NCBI GenBank assembly: GCA_930990555.1 | Contig: CAKNPW010000007.1 | Span: 406-64,405 of the forward strand | DNA: 64,000 bases | From: an uncultured Clostridium sp. | GTDB taxonomy: Bacteria; Bacillota; Clostridia; TANB77; CAG-508 | Reading direction: 5' to 3' | In this document: piece by piece, positions 19,548 to 29,311 of the stretch | How positions within the stretch are numbered: the stretch's first letter is position 1 | Layout of the letters: each line of letters opens with the position of its first letter | Made by a program: the position numbers and the translations under genes | Notes under the pieces: model-generated | What the model was told of the DNA's origin: nothing | Database searches by the model: none | Seen by the model: only the letters and a program-made list of their open reading frames with translations

Positions 19548-19676
19548 TTTTATCACCTGAAAAAATTTTAACAAAAAAATAAAAAAGTTGCAAGTGCAAC
19601 TTGTATATATACAAATTTATATATAAGATTTACTCGTAATAAATAATAAAAAATAAATCAGGGGAGGAACAAAAGA

Positions 19677-21866
19677 ATGAAAATCGTAAAAAGAGATGGC
19701 CATATTGTAGACTATGACCCAGAAAAAATTAGAGTAGCAATAGGAAAGGCAAATGAGGAGGTAAGAGGAAGAGAAAAAGCAACTAAAGAAGAAATTAAGG
19801 AAATAATTAAGTATATAGAAGATTTAAACAAAAAAAGAATTTTAGTTGAAGACATTCAAGATATAATAGAACAAAAATTAATGGAATTTGACAAATATCA
19901 ATTAGCAAAAAAATATATAACATATAGATATACTAGGGAATTAGTAAGAAAAGCGAACACAACAGATAAGTCAATTAAAGAATTAATTGAAGGAGAAAAT
20001 GAGTATTGGAATAGTGAGAATTCTAATAAAAATGCAGAAGTGGTTACAACTCAAAGAGATTATTTAGCTGGAATAACAAGTACAGATATTACGAGAAGAT
20101 TTCTACTCCCTGAAGATATAGTAGCAGCACATGATGCAGGAATTATTCATTTCCATGATGCTGATTATTTTGCACAAAATGCGCTTCATAATTGCGAATT
20201 AATCAACCTAGAGGATATGTTACAAAATGGAACAGTAATAAATGGAGTAATGATAGAAAAACCACATAGATTTTTAACAGCAGCCACAATAGCTACACAA
20301 ATAATATTAGCAGTAACATCATCAAGCTATGGAGGAGCTACAGTATCACTTACACATTTAGCACCATTTGTTAGATTAAGTTATGAAAAATACTTAAAGA
20401 AATATCAAGCAAGAAACTTCAGTAAAAAAGACTGCGAAAAATATGCTATGCAAGATACTAGAAAAGAAGTTGAAGACGGTGTACAAACATTTAATTATCA
20501 AGTAAACTCTATGACAAATACAAATGGACAAGCACCATTCTTATCAGTTTGTATGTATTTAGGAGAAACGGATGAATATAAAGATGAGCTTGCAATGATA
20601 ATTGAAGAATTTTTAAAACAAAGAATATTAGGTTTTAAAAATGAAAAAGGTGTATATATAACACCAGCTTTCCCAAAACTTTTATATGTGCTTGAAGAAG
20701 ATAATATTCGTGAAGGTAGTAAATATTGGTATTTAACAAAACTAGCTGCGGAATGTACAGCTAAAAGAATGGTTCCAGATTATATATCAGAAAAAATGAT
20801 GTTAAAATTAAAAATAAATGAATTAGGAAATGGAGATTGTTATCCATGTATGGGTTGTAGATCTTTCTTAACTCCCGATAGAACAATGAGCCTTGGAAAT
20901 ATTGCTAAAGCTAAAAATTACGTAGAAGGAAAAGGAAAATATTATGGAAGATTTAACCAGGGTGTTGTTACAATAAACTTACCAGATGTTGCTCTTTCTG
21001 CTGATGGAGATATGGATGAGTTCTGGAAGATATTTGATGAAAGATTAGAATTATGTCATAGAGCATTACAAATAAGACATAAAAGATTAAGTAAAGTAAC
21101 AAGTGATGTTGCTCCTATTTTATGGCAACATGGTGCATTAGCAAGGTTGGATAAAGGAGAATCAATACATGAATTATTACATCATGGTTATTCAACAATT
21201 TCACTTGGATATGCAGGTTTATATGAATGTGTTAAAGTTATGACAGGACATAGCCATACAGATAATGGACCAGGAAAAGAATTTGGATTAAAAGTTATGC
21301 AACATCTAAATGATGCAACTAAGAAATGGAAAGCTGAAGAAGATATAGATTATTCTGTTTATGGTTCACCAATAGAATCAACAACATATAAATTTGCAAG
21401 ATGTTTAAAAGAAAGATTTGGAACTATAAAAGGAATTACAGATAGAGGATATGTTACAAATTCATATCATGTTCCTGTATTCGAAGAGATAGATGCATTT
21501 TCTAAATTAAAATTAGAAAGTGAATTCCAAGTATTAAGTCCTGGTGGAGCGATTTCATATGTTGAAACTCCAAACTTACAAGGAAACTTAGATGCTGTTA
21601 TAGAAGTTATACAATTTATTTATGATAATATTATGTATGCTGAACTTAATACAAAATCTGATTATTGCCAAAAATGTGGTTATACAGGAGAAATTTTAAT
21701 TGATGATAATTTAGAATGGTATTGTCCAAATTGCGGAAATAGAGATCATAATACATTAAATGTTGCAAGACGTACTTGTGGATATATCGGAACAAACTTC
21801 TGGAATAAAGGAAGAACACAAGAAATAAAAGAAAGAGTTTTACATATCGATAACAAGGAGGCATAA
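19677..21866 (+). CDS. nrdD: Anaerobic ribonucleoside-triphosphate reductase
   Basis: N-terminal ATP-cone (IVKRDGHIVDYDPEKI), C-terminal zinc site CQKCG..CPNCG and the glycyl-radical motif RRTCGYIG. Confidence 0.96.
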   Translation: MKIVKRDGHIVDYDPEKIRVAIGKANEEVRGREKATKEEIKEIIKYIEDLNKKRILVEDIQDIIEQKLMEFDKYQLAKKYITYRYTRELVRKANTTDKSIKELIEGENEYWNSENSNKNAEVVTTQRDYLAGITSTDITRRFLLPEDIVAAHDAGIIHFHDADYFAQNALHNCELINLEDMLQNGTVINGVMIEKPHRFLTAATIATQIILAVTSSSYGGATVSLTHLAPFVRLSYEKYLKKYQARNFSKKDCEKYAMQDTRKEVEDGVQTFNYQVNSMTNTNGQAPFLSVCMYLGETDEYKDELAMIIEEFLKQRILGFKNEKGVYITPAFPKLLYVLEEDNIREGSKYWYLTKLAAECTAKRMVPDYISEKMMLKLKINELGNGDCYPCMGCRSFLTPDRTMSLGNIAKAKNYVEGKGKYYGRFNQGVVTINLPDVALSADGDMDEFWKIFDERLELCHRALQIRHKRLSKVTSDVAPILWQHGALARLDKGESIHELLHHGYSTISLGYAGLYECVKVMTGHSHTDNGPGKEFGLKVMQHLNDATKKWKAEEDIDYSVYGSPIESTTYKFARCLKERFGTIKGITDRGYVTNSYHVPVFEEIDAFSKLKLESEFQVLSPGGAISYVETPNLQGNLDAVIEVIQFIYDNIMYAELNTKSDYCQKCGYTGEILIDDNLEWYCPNCGNRDHNTLNVARRTCGYIGTNFWNKGRTQEIKERVLHIDNKEA

Positions 21867-21868
21867 TT

Positions 21869-22360
21869 ATGAGATACAATTTAATTAGAAAAATGGATAT
21901 TTCAAACGGGCCAGGAGTAAGAGTATCTATATTTATGCAAGGATGTCCTTTCCATTGTAAAAACTGTTTTAACCCTGAAACATGGGATTTCGAAGGTGGA
22001 AAAGAATTTACACAAGAAACAATCGATAAGGTACTAGAATTAAGTGATAAAAACGAAGTAAAAGGTTTGTCTATATTAGGTGGGGAGCCAATGGCTCCTA
22101 CCAACATTGAAGGAACTGCAAAACTTGCTAAAGCATTTAAAGAAAAATATCCAGAAAAAAATGTATGGGCATGGTCAGGCTATAAATTTGAGCAAATAAA
22201 AGATAAAGATGCGTTAAAATATATTGATGTATTAGTAGATGGAAATTACGAAGATGAATTACATGATCCAACATTAAAATGGAAAGGTTCCTCTAACCAA
22301 AGAGTAATTGATGTTCAAAAAAGTTTAAAAAAAGGTGGAATTAATCTATTTAGGGATTAG
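21869..22360 (+). CDS. nrdG: Anaerobic RNR activating protein (radical SAM)
   Basis: GPGVRVSIFMQGCPFHCKNCFNPETW cluster motif. Tightly coupled to nrdD. Confidence 0.93.
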   Translation: MRYNLIRKMDISNGPGVRVSIFMQGCPFHCKNCFNPETWDFEGGKEFTQETIDKVLELSDKNEVKGLSILGGEPMAPTNIEGTAKLAKAFKEKYPEKNVWAWSGYKFEQIKDKDALKYIDVLVDGNYEDELHDPTLKWKGSSNQRVIDVQKSLKKGGINLFRD

Positions 22361-22383
22361 GGGACGTTCCTTAAAATCCCTAT
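22351..22383. repeat. Palindromic repeat family, locus b
   Basis: TAGGGATTAGGGGACGTTCCTTAAAATCCCTAT. Overlaps the last three codons and the stop of nrdG. Confidence 0.75.
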
Positions 22384-22481
22384 TTTGTAAAAATTTAAAA
22401 ATAAGTGTATTAAAAGTAGGTAATTTATTGTAAGTTACCTACTTTTGTGTTATTATGCAAATAATTTAAGGAGAAATAAAA

Positions 22482-22973
22482 ATGTCTAACTTAGTTATAT
22501 TAAGAGGAAATTCAGGAAGTGGAAAGACGACCGTTGCAAGAGGGTTACAAAAGAAATTAGGACATGGAACAATGCTTATTTCACAAGATGTTGTTAGAAG
22601 AGAAATGCTATATGTAAAAGATGGTGAAAAACCTAAAGTAAGTGAATTACTTTTTCAACTTGCAGTTTATGGTAAAGAACATTGTGATGTAGTAATTCTA
22701 GAAGGAATATTAAATTCAAAATGGTATGAAACATTATTTAAAAAACTAATGAAAGAATTTGATAAAAATATTTTTGCTTTTTATTTTGATATTCCATTTG
22801 AAGAAACTTTAAAAAGGCATAAAACTAAACCAAATGCAAATGAATTTGGAGAAGCAGAATTACGTAAATGGTGGAATGAAAAAGATTTACTCGAATGCAT
22901 TCCAGAAACAATATTAGGAAAAGAATTAGAAGCTGATGAAATAATAAATTTGATATTTGATAAGCTTATTTAA
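22482..22973 (+). CDS. P-loop kinase/AAA_33-like protein
   Basis: GNSGSGKTT Walker A at the N-terminus. 163 aa, small-molecule-kinase-like. Confidence 0.6.
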   Translation: MSNLVILRGNSGSGKTTVARGLQKKLGHGTMLISQDVVRREMLYVKDGEKPKVSELLFQLAVYGKEHCDVVILEGILNSKWYETLFKKLMKEFDKNIFAFYFDIPFEETLKRHKTKPNANEFGEAELRKWWNEKDLLECIPETILGKELEADEIINLIFDKLI

Positions 22974-23004
22974 AAATAATATTAATATGAATGGAGCTTA
23001 AAAT

Positions 23005-23637
23005 ATGAAAAATATTTTAATACATGGATTAGGTCAAAACGAAACAAGTTGGGATATGGTAGAAACAGAATTAAATATTCATAATATGAATGTAGAAAAG
23101 CCCAATTTATATTCAATAATAAAAGATACAAAAATAAACTATTCTACTCTATATAAAAAATTTGCTGAATATTGTAATAGGTTTAACGAACAGCTAAACT
23201 TATGCGGATTATCTCTTGGTGGAATATTGGCACTAGATTATGCAAAGGAATTTCCAGAGAAAGTAAATTCACTTATTTTAATAGGAACACCTTACAAAAT
23301 ACCAAAATTTCTTTTTAAACTTCAAGGTGTAATATTTCATATTATGCCAAAATCTACCTTTGAGAAAATAGGATGCACAAAAAGAAATTTTTTGTCATTA
23401 GTTAGTTCGATGAGCGATTTAGATATTGGAACTAATTTAGATAAAATAGATTGCAAGACATTGATTTTATGCGGAATAAAAGATAATCAAAATATGGAAA
23501 ATGCAAAATTATTAAATGAGAATATAAAAAATAGTTACTTTAAGACAATTGGCAATGCGTCACATGAAGTGAATGTTGACAATCCAAAAGAACTAGCTAA
23601 TATAATCTATGATTTCTGGAGAGAAATACAAGAGTAA
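23005..23637 (+). CDS. Alpha/beta hydrolase
   Basis: IHGLGQN and nucleophile elbow GLSLGG. C-terminal His (NASHEV). Confidence 0.7.
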   Translation: MKNILIHGLGQNETSWDMVETELNIHNMNVEKPNLYSIIKDTKINYSTLYKKFAEYCNRFNEQLNLCGLSLGGILALDYAKEFPEKVNSLILIGTPYKIPKFLFKLQGVIFHIMPKSTFEKIGCTKRNFLSLVSSMSDLDIGTNLDKIDCKTLILCGIKDNQNMENAKLLNENIKNSYFKTIGNASHEVNVDNPKELANIIYDFWREIQE

Positions 23638-23661
23638 AAAAATAGAAAGGAGAAAATTTAA

Positions 23662-24318
23662 ATGAGTAAAGAAAATGAGGAAACATTAAAAATATATGAT
23701 AGAAAGGCATGTACATACTTAAAGACAAGTATTGCACATGACAATCTTGATCCAGAAAAGGCAAAACGTAAAAGTGAATAATTGCATAAATTTATTACAA
23801 CTAATATTGGTACATTACCTAAAGGTTCAAAAGTATTTGAATTTGGCTCAGGAGATGGAAAAAATGCAAAATATATAGAAGAGTTAGGATATGATGTAAC
23901 CGCAAGTGATGTAGCAGAAGATTTTATTAATGCAACTAAATCTACAGGCGTAAAAACTATAAAATTTAATGTTTTAGAGGATACATTTAATAAGAAATAT
24001 TCAGGAATTTTTGCATGGAGAGTATTTGTTCATTTTACAAAAGAAGATGCTTTAAAAGTTTTACAAAAAACGTATGATGCACTAGAGGATAATGGATTCT
24101 TTGTTTTTAATGTAATGAATCGTGAAGGAAAAGCTGTTGATGAAGAATGGGTGGATTTTCCTAATGAATATCATATGGGAGCAGATCGTTATTATAGATA
24201 TTTTAGTGAAGATGAAATGAATGAAATTATTGAAAAAACAGAATTTAAAGTTTCTGGATTTCACACAGAAGGCGGAACAAACAACAACAAATGGTTAGTA
24301 TATGTTTTGAAAAAATAA
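23662..24318 (+). pseudogene. Class I SAM-dependent methyltransferase interrupted by an in-frame TAA
   Basis: ATG 23662 after aaaggag encodes 39 codons, then an in-frame TAA (23779-23781). The same frame continues from TTG 23782 through motif I (VFEFGSGDGKNA). Confidence 0.6.
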
Positions 24319-24326
24319 TAAATATA

Positions 24327-24356
24327 ATAGGGATTTAAGGAACGTCCCTAAATCCC
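24327..24356. repeat. Palindromic repeat family, locus c (inverted orientation)
   Basis: ATAGGGATTTAAGGAACGTCCCTAAATCCC, 5 nt upstream of the RBS of the cupin gene. Confidence 0.75.
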
Positions 24357-24368
24357 GAAGGAGGAAAA

Positions 24369-24722
24369 ATGAAAGTAGTTAAAAAAGAAAATGCAAGACA
24401 ATTTAAATATGCTGATACTAGTTCAGTATTGGAATATTCAATTGATTTAAATGAAAAAAACTTAGATTTTTGTATAAATTCAATTACTGGTAGATATCCA
24501 GAAAAAGGCTATTGCTCTAATTTAGAATGCGAAGAATTATGTTATGTATTAGAAGGTGTAGGTTCAATATACAAAAAGGGAGAAAATGCAATTGAGTTCA
24601 AATCAGGAGATGTTATTTTTCTAAATAAAAAAGATATTTATTATTGGAAAGGGAACTTTAAACTTGCAATTGTATGTACACCTGCCTGGAGTAAAGAACA
24701 ATGTAAATTATATGATGAATAA
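24369..24722 (+). CDS. Cupin domain protein
   Basis: 117 aa. The beta-barrel pattern (EELCYVLEGVG...GDVIFL) suggests a cupin. Confidence 0.6.
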   Translation: MKVVKKENARQFKYADTSSVLEYSIDLNEKNLDFCINSITGRYPEKGYCSNLECEELCYVLEGVGSIYKKGENAIEFKSGDVIFLNKKDIYYWKGNFKLAIVCTPAWSKEQCKLYDE

Positions 24723-24742
24723 TAAAATAAGGAGAATACAAA

Positions 24743-25048
24743 ATGAAAGTAATAACTGTATGTGGGAGTTATAAATTAAAAAAAGAAATGAATGAGATTA
24801 CAGAAAAAATGGCTTTAAAGGGAAATTGCATGTTAACTCCAATTGAATTAACAAAGCATAATAAAGAAGCATATACAAAAGAAGAAGCATCAATGATTGA
24901 TAAAATGCATAAAGAAAAGATTAAATTATCTGATGCTATATTAGTTGTAAATGTAGATGGATATATTGGAAACAGCACAAAAAGTGAAATTGAATATGCC
25001 AAATCATTAGATAAAGAGGTTTTATATTATACAGATTTAGTTAAATAG
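24743..25048 (+). CDS. Hypothetical protein (possibly nucleoside 2-deoxyribosyltransferase-like fold)
   Basis: 101 aa. Good RBS aaggag. No firm motif. Confidence 0.35.
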   Translation: MKVITVCGSYKLKKEMNEITEKMALKGNCMLTPIELTKHNKEAYTKEEASMIDKMHKEKIKLSDAILVVNVDGYIGNSTKSEIEYAKSLDKEVLYYTDLVK

Positions 25049-25069
25049 TTTTTCGAGGGGAGTGTTATT

Positions 25070-25636
25070 GTGACAAAAATAGTATTTATTAGACATGCAG
25101 AATCAGAATATAATAAAGATGGTATTTGGGCAGGAAGAGTTGATTGTAGCTTAACAGAAAAAGGTATAGAAGCAGCTAAAGAATTGGGAAAAACTATAAA
25201 AAATAATTTTGATGCTATATATTGTTCCCCTTTAAAAAGAACTAAACAAACGTTAGAAGCAATATTTCCCGATGCAAAACCAATCTATGATAATAGAATA
25301 ATTGAAATATCAATTGGAGAATGGGAAAATAAGAAAAAAGATTTATTTGATGAACATTTAAGAGAATTGTTCAGGAAAGGTTTATATACGCCACCAGGAG
25401 CGGAATCACATCAAGATGTTGATAAACGAGTATGTAACTTTGTAGAAGAACTATTTAAAAAATATAATAATAATGAAAGGATATTAGTAGTAACACATAA
25501 TGGAATAATACGTTCTGTTAAAAGAAATTTTTTTGAGCCTTCACAAAATATAATGTCTACTAATTTAGGAATGATATCTTTAGATGATTCAAACTATGAA
25601 TATTATATAAGCAGAAGAGATTTTGAAGAAAGATAA
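25070..25636 (+). CDS. Histidine phosphatase (phosphoglycerate mutase) family protein
   Basis: GTG start. The RHAES catalytic motif (IVFIRHAESEYN) and VVTHNG. Confidence 0.85.
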   Translation: MTKIVFIRHAESEYNKDGIWAGRVDCSLTEKGIEAAKELGKTIKNNFDAIYCSPLKRTKQTLEAIFPDAKPIYDNRIIEISIGEWENKKKDLFDEHLRELFRKGLYTPPGAESHQDVDKRVCNFVEELFKKYNNNERILVVTHNGIIRSVKRNFFEPSQNIMSTNLGMISLDDSNYEYYISRRDFEER

Positions 25637-25675
25637 TAGAAGAAAGATAATAATTGTAAATAAGTAAGGAGAATA

Positions 25676-26998
25676 ATGAAAAACTTTAATTTATTTGAAG
25701 ATAGTAATGATGAAAAACAAGCGCCTCTTGCAAGTAGAATGAGACCATTAAGCTTAGATGAAATAGTAGGTCAACAGCATATAATTGGAAAAGATAAATT
25801 GCTTTATCGAGCAATAAAAGCAGATAGGCTAGGTTCTATAATATTATATGGACCACCAGGTATAGGAAAAACAACTATTGCAAAAGTAATCGCTAATACA
25901 ACAAATTCATATTTTAGCAAATTAAATGCTACAAATGCAGGAATTAAAGATGTAGAAAAAATTATTGATGACGCAAAATTTAATTATGGTGCATATAAAA
26001 AGAAAACAATATTATTTATAGACGAGATACATAGATTTAATAAAAATCAACAAGACTATTTGCTTCCATTTGTTGAAGATGGTGTTGTTACTTTAATTGG
26101 TGCAACTACAGAAAATCCATATTTTGAAGTAAATAATGCGTTACTTTCAAGGTGTAGGATATTTGAATTAAAGCCACTAGAGAAAGATGATTTGATACAT
26201 ATAATGGATAGAGCACTAAAAGATAAAGAAAGAGGCTTAGGAGATATAGATATAGCCATTGATAATGATGCAAAAGAATTTTTAGCAGATATGGCAAATG
26301 GAGATGCCAGAAGTGTTTTAAATGCATTGGAATTAGCATATCTTACGACAACGCCAGAAAGTGATGGAAGCCTACATATTACTCTTGAAGTTGCAGAAGA
26401 ATGCATACAGAAAAAGGCTATAAGATATGATGTAAATGGAGATAATCATTATGATGCAATTTCAGCATTTATAGAATCAATGAAACATACTGAGCCAGAT
26501 GCTACCTTATATTATTTAGCTAGAATGCTAGTAGCTGGAGAAGACATAAAATATATTGCCAGAAGAATTTGCATATGTGCCTCAGAAGATGTGGGACTTG
26601 CAAATTCTGAAGCTTTAGAAGTTGCAACAACAGCTATGCTTGCTGTTGAAAGAGTAGGAATGCCAGAAGCTGCAAAAATATTAGCTCATGCAGCTTTATA
26701 TGTTTGTTGCTCTCCAAAATCTGATACTGTTTTTGGAATTTTGTCTGCCATGAAAGATGTAGAGAGAACAGGAAATATTCCTATTCCACCATTTTTACAA
26801 GATTCAAGTTATAAAAATGCTTATAAACTTGGTAGAGGAATAGGTTTAGATGATGTACATGTATTTCCAAATCATTATTCAGGTCAGAACTGTATGCCAG
26901 AAGAATTAAAAGATAGACATTACTTTAAACTATCAGGTACTGGAAAGGAAAAGGAAATACAAGAATTTTTAGATTATTTAAAAAATAATTTGAAATAG
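25676..26998 (+). CDS. rarA: Replication-associated recombination protein A
   Basis: PLASRMRP..LDEIVGQQH, Walker A GPPGIGKTT, Walker B FIDEIHRFNK and the MgsA C-terminal domain (YYLARML). Confidence 0.93.
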   Translation: MKNFNLFEDSNDEKQAPLASRMRPLSLDEIVGQQHIIGKDKLLYRAIKADRLGSIILYGPPGIGKTTIAKVIANTTNSYFSKLNATNAGIKDVEKIIDDAKFNYGAYKKKTILFIDEIHRFNKNQQDYLLPFVEDGVVTLIGATTENPYFEVNNALLSRCRIFELKPLEKDDLIHIMDRALKDKERGLGDIDIAIDNDAKEFLADMANGDARSVLNALELAYLTTTPESDGSLHITLEVAEECIQKKAIRYDVNGDNHYDAISAFIESMKHTEPDATLYYLARMLVAGEDIKYIARRICICASEDVGLANSEALEVATTAMLAVERVGMPEAAKILAHAALYVCCSPKSDTVFGILSAMKDVERTGNIPIPPFLQDSSYKNAYKLGRGIGLDDVHVFPNHYSGQNCMPEELKDRHYFKLSGTGKEKEIQEFLDYLKNNLK

Positions 26999-27011
26999 AA
27001 ATGGGGTAAAA

Positions 27012-27506
27012 ATGAATTTTATAGAAAAATTATCTAATTTATATAAAACGAATAAAGATATTGAAATTTATATAGATATGGATGGTACTATTGTAGAACT
27101 GTTATTTGATAAAGAAGGAAGCTATACCAAAAAAGGTGTGTATTTAAATAAAAGACCAATAATACCAGTAGTTAATAAACTAGAAGAGATAAAAAACAAA
27201 TTTCCACTAATAAAATTTAAAATATTAAGTTGTTCTAAAACGAATCAGATGCGAAATGAAAAAAATGAATGGCTTGATATTCAAATGCCATATATAAAGA
27301 AAGAAGACAGGGTCATCTTTTCTGAAGAAGCAGGTGATTATGCAAGAGAAGACAGAAATCTTGTAAAAGCTGAATATATAAATAAAAATAATGGCGATGA
27401 TAAGATAATAATTTTGATAGATGATGATATAGAGGTATTAAAAGGGGTACAAAATTTAAATAAAGAAAATGTATTACCTGTTCATGTTACTTCTATATTA
27501 ATTTAG
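27012..27506 (+). CDS. HAD-superfamily 5'(3')-nucleotidase-like protein
   Basis: IYIDMDGTIVE motif I and a late IDDD motif. 164 aa. Confidence 0.5.
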   Translation: MNFIEKLSNLYKTNKDIEIYIDMDGTIVELLFDKEGSYTKKGVYLNKRPIIPVVNKLEEIKNKFPLIKFKILSCSKTNQMRNEKNEWLDIQMPYIKKEDRVIFSEEAGDYAREDRNLVKAEYINKNNGDDKIIILIDDDIEVLKGVQNLNKENVLPVHVTSILI

Positions 27507-27523
27507 GAAAAGAGTGATAGTTT

Positions 27524-28222
27524 ATGAATATTAAAATCTTACAATTAATTGAAGGTGCAAAAAGAGCAACAGGAACAGCTGTTATTATAGATGTGTTTAG
27601 AGCATTTACTGTTGAAGCTTATTTGGTAAATAACGGTGTACAAAAATTAATTCCAGTTGGAGACAAACAAATTGCATATGATTATAAAGAAATGCATAAG
27701 GATTGTATATTAATTGGTGAAAGACGAGGGATAATGCTGGAAGGTTTTGATTATGGAAATTCACCAACACAAATAGAAAAAATAGATTTTTCTGGGAAAA
27801 CAGTTGTACATACTACAAGTTCAGGTACGCAAGGAATAGCAAATGCACAAAATGCCAAAGAGATTTTAACAGGAAGTTTAGTAAATGCAAAAGCTATAGC
27901 TGAGTATATAAAAATGCAAAATCCAGAAGACGTTTCATTGGTTTGTATGGGCAATGGCGGCCTATCAGAAGCAGAAGAAGACACTTTATGTGCAAAGTAT
28001 ATAAAAAGTTTAATAGAAGGGAAAAATCCTAATTTGGATAAAGAAATTGAGAAATTAAAAATTATTGCGGGTAAAAGATTTTTTGATCCAAAATTACAAA
28101 ATATTTTCCCAGAAAGAGATTTTTATTTGTCTACAGAATTAAACAAGTTTAATTTTGCTTTAAAAGTTGAAAAAGATAATGAAGGATTAAATTATGTTAG
28201 AAAAATAGAAGAAACTAACTAG
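27524..28222 (+). CDS. comB: 2-phosphosulfolactate phosphatase family protein
   Basis: VIIDVFRAFT, GERRG and DYGNSP motifs typical of ComB. Confidence 0.8.
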   Translation: MNIKILQLIEGAKRATGTAVIIDVFRAFTVEAYLVNNGVQKLIPVGDKQIAYDYKEMHKDCILIGERRGIMLEGFDYGNSPTQIEKIDFSGKTVVHTTSSGTQGIANAQNAKEILTGSLVNAKAIAEYIKMQNPEDVSLVCMGNGGLSEAEEDTLCAKYIKSLIEGKNPNLDKEIEKLKIIAGKRFFDPKLQNIFPERDFYLSTELNKFNFALKVEKDNEGLNYVRKIEETN

Positions 28223-28383
28223 TATAGATACAATATGAAAATAACTGGTTATTGTATAGAATATTCGATAGTAAAAATAGAGATTAGAAATAATCTCTAT
28301 TTTTGCTATAAAACTTATTTTGCTACAGCCATAACAGTTATGACAAATTCTGAAAGGAAAAGAAAAAAATTTTAAAAAAACCG

Positions 28384-28437
28384 TTGACACGGTGTCAGTA
28401 AAATGATATATATTAATTGTAGATTGACACGATGTCA
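28384..28437 (+). promoter_or_regulatory. Promoter with two TetR-type palindromic operators
   Basis: TGACACgGTGTCA (28385-28397) overlaps TTGACA (28384-28389), with TATATA 17 nt downstream. A second palindrome TGACAcgaTGTCA (28425-28437) sits near the expected transcription start. The TetR gene is in the operon. Confidence 0.55.
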
Positions 28438-28448
28438 GAGAAAGAAAG

Positions 28449-28655
28449 GTGGCTAAGATTATGAATTTACCAAAAATAGCCCTAGGAGCTTGGGCATGGG
28501 GAAATGACGGAACATTTGGAGTTAATTATACTGCAAATGAATTAAAAGATGTATTTGAAGAATGCATGAAAAATGGATTTAATTTATGGGACACAGCATA
28601 TGCCTATGGAATGGGGCAAATTACAATAAGATATTGGGAAAAAGAGATGAAATAA
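28449..28655 (+). pseudogene. Aldo/keto reductase N-terminal remnant
   Basis: LPKIALGAWAWGNDG...GFNLWDTAYAYGMG matches only the first ~57 aa of an AKR. It then diverges and stops 13 nt before the TetR gene. Confidence 0.65.
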
Positions 28656-28668
28656 GGAAGGCGAAAAA

Positions 28669-29280
28669 ATGACAAAGAAAATAATTGACGCAAGAAAAGA
28701 AGAAATTATAAATAGTTGCGAGAAACTATATAAAGATAATAACTTTAAAGATATCACAATAAAAAGTATTGGTGAAGAAACAAGTTTTTCGCGTACATCA
28801 ATATATAATTATTTTCAAACAAAAGAAGAAATATTCCTAGCGCTTTTCACTAGAGAATATGAAATATGGATAGATGATTTAAGTAAAATGTATGAGCAAA
28901 ATTCTACTATGACTAAAGAGGAGTTTGCAGACAAACTAGCTACTACAATTTCAAAAAGAAAAAATTTACTTAAATTACTTTCTATGAATATGTACGATAT
29001 GGAAGAAAATAGTAGAATGGAAGAATTAACAGAATTTAAAAAGGCTTACGGGAATTCTATGAAAATGGTTAGAAAATGTATAGATAAATTTTTTAACACA
29101 ATGAGTGAAGATAAAAAAGACGAATTTATATTTTTATTTTTCCCATTTATGTATGGAATTTATCCTTATGCAGAAGTAACAGAAAAACAAAAACAAGCAA
29201 TGTCAGATGCAGACGTTCCTTTTAAATATTTAACTATATATGAAATTACTTATAAAGGAATTTTACAGTTTTTAAAATAA
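28669..29280 (+). CDS. TetR/AcrR family transcriptional regulator
   Basis: N-terminal HTH (FKDITIKSIGEETSFSRTSIYNYFQTKEEIF). Confidence 0.88.
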   Translation: MTKKIIDARKEEIINSCEKLYKDNNFKDITIKSIGEETSFSRTSIYNYFQTKEEIFLALFTREYEIWIDDLSKMYEQNSTMTKEEFADKLATTISKRKNLLKLLSMNMYDMEENSRMEELTEFKKAYGNSMKMVRKCIDKFFNTMSEDKKDEFIFLFFPFMYGIYPYAEVTEKQKQAMSDADVPFKYLTIYEITYKGILQFLK

Positions 29281-29311
29281 TAGTAGCTTAATTAAAACGG
29301 AGGTAATAATT

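Noticed and set aside
19601-19625. NrdR boxes upstream of nrdD
   Set aside because: NrdR normally binds two 16-bp boxes with centres about 31-32 bp apart. The AT palindromes here have centres only about 13 bp apart, so a canonical NrdR tandem site is not supported. Reported only as generic candidate operators.
22482-22973. P-loop kinase as a zeta-type toxin
   Set aside because: There is no adjacent small antitoxin ORF. The N-terminal Walker A and small size fit generic AAA_33 small-molecule kinases equally well.
29207-29222. GACGTTCCTTTT inside the TetR coding region as another copy of the palindromic repeat
   Set aside because: Only a 12-nt match without the GGGATTT/AAATCCC arms, and it is in frame within a conserved CDS. 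Probably chance.
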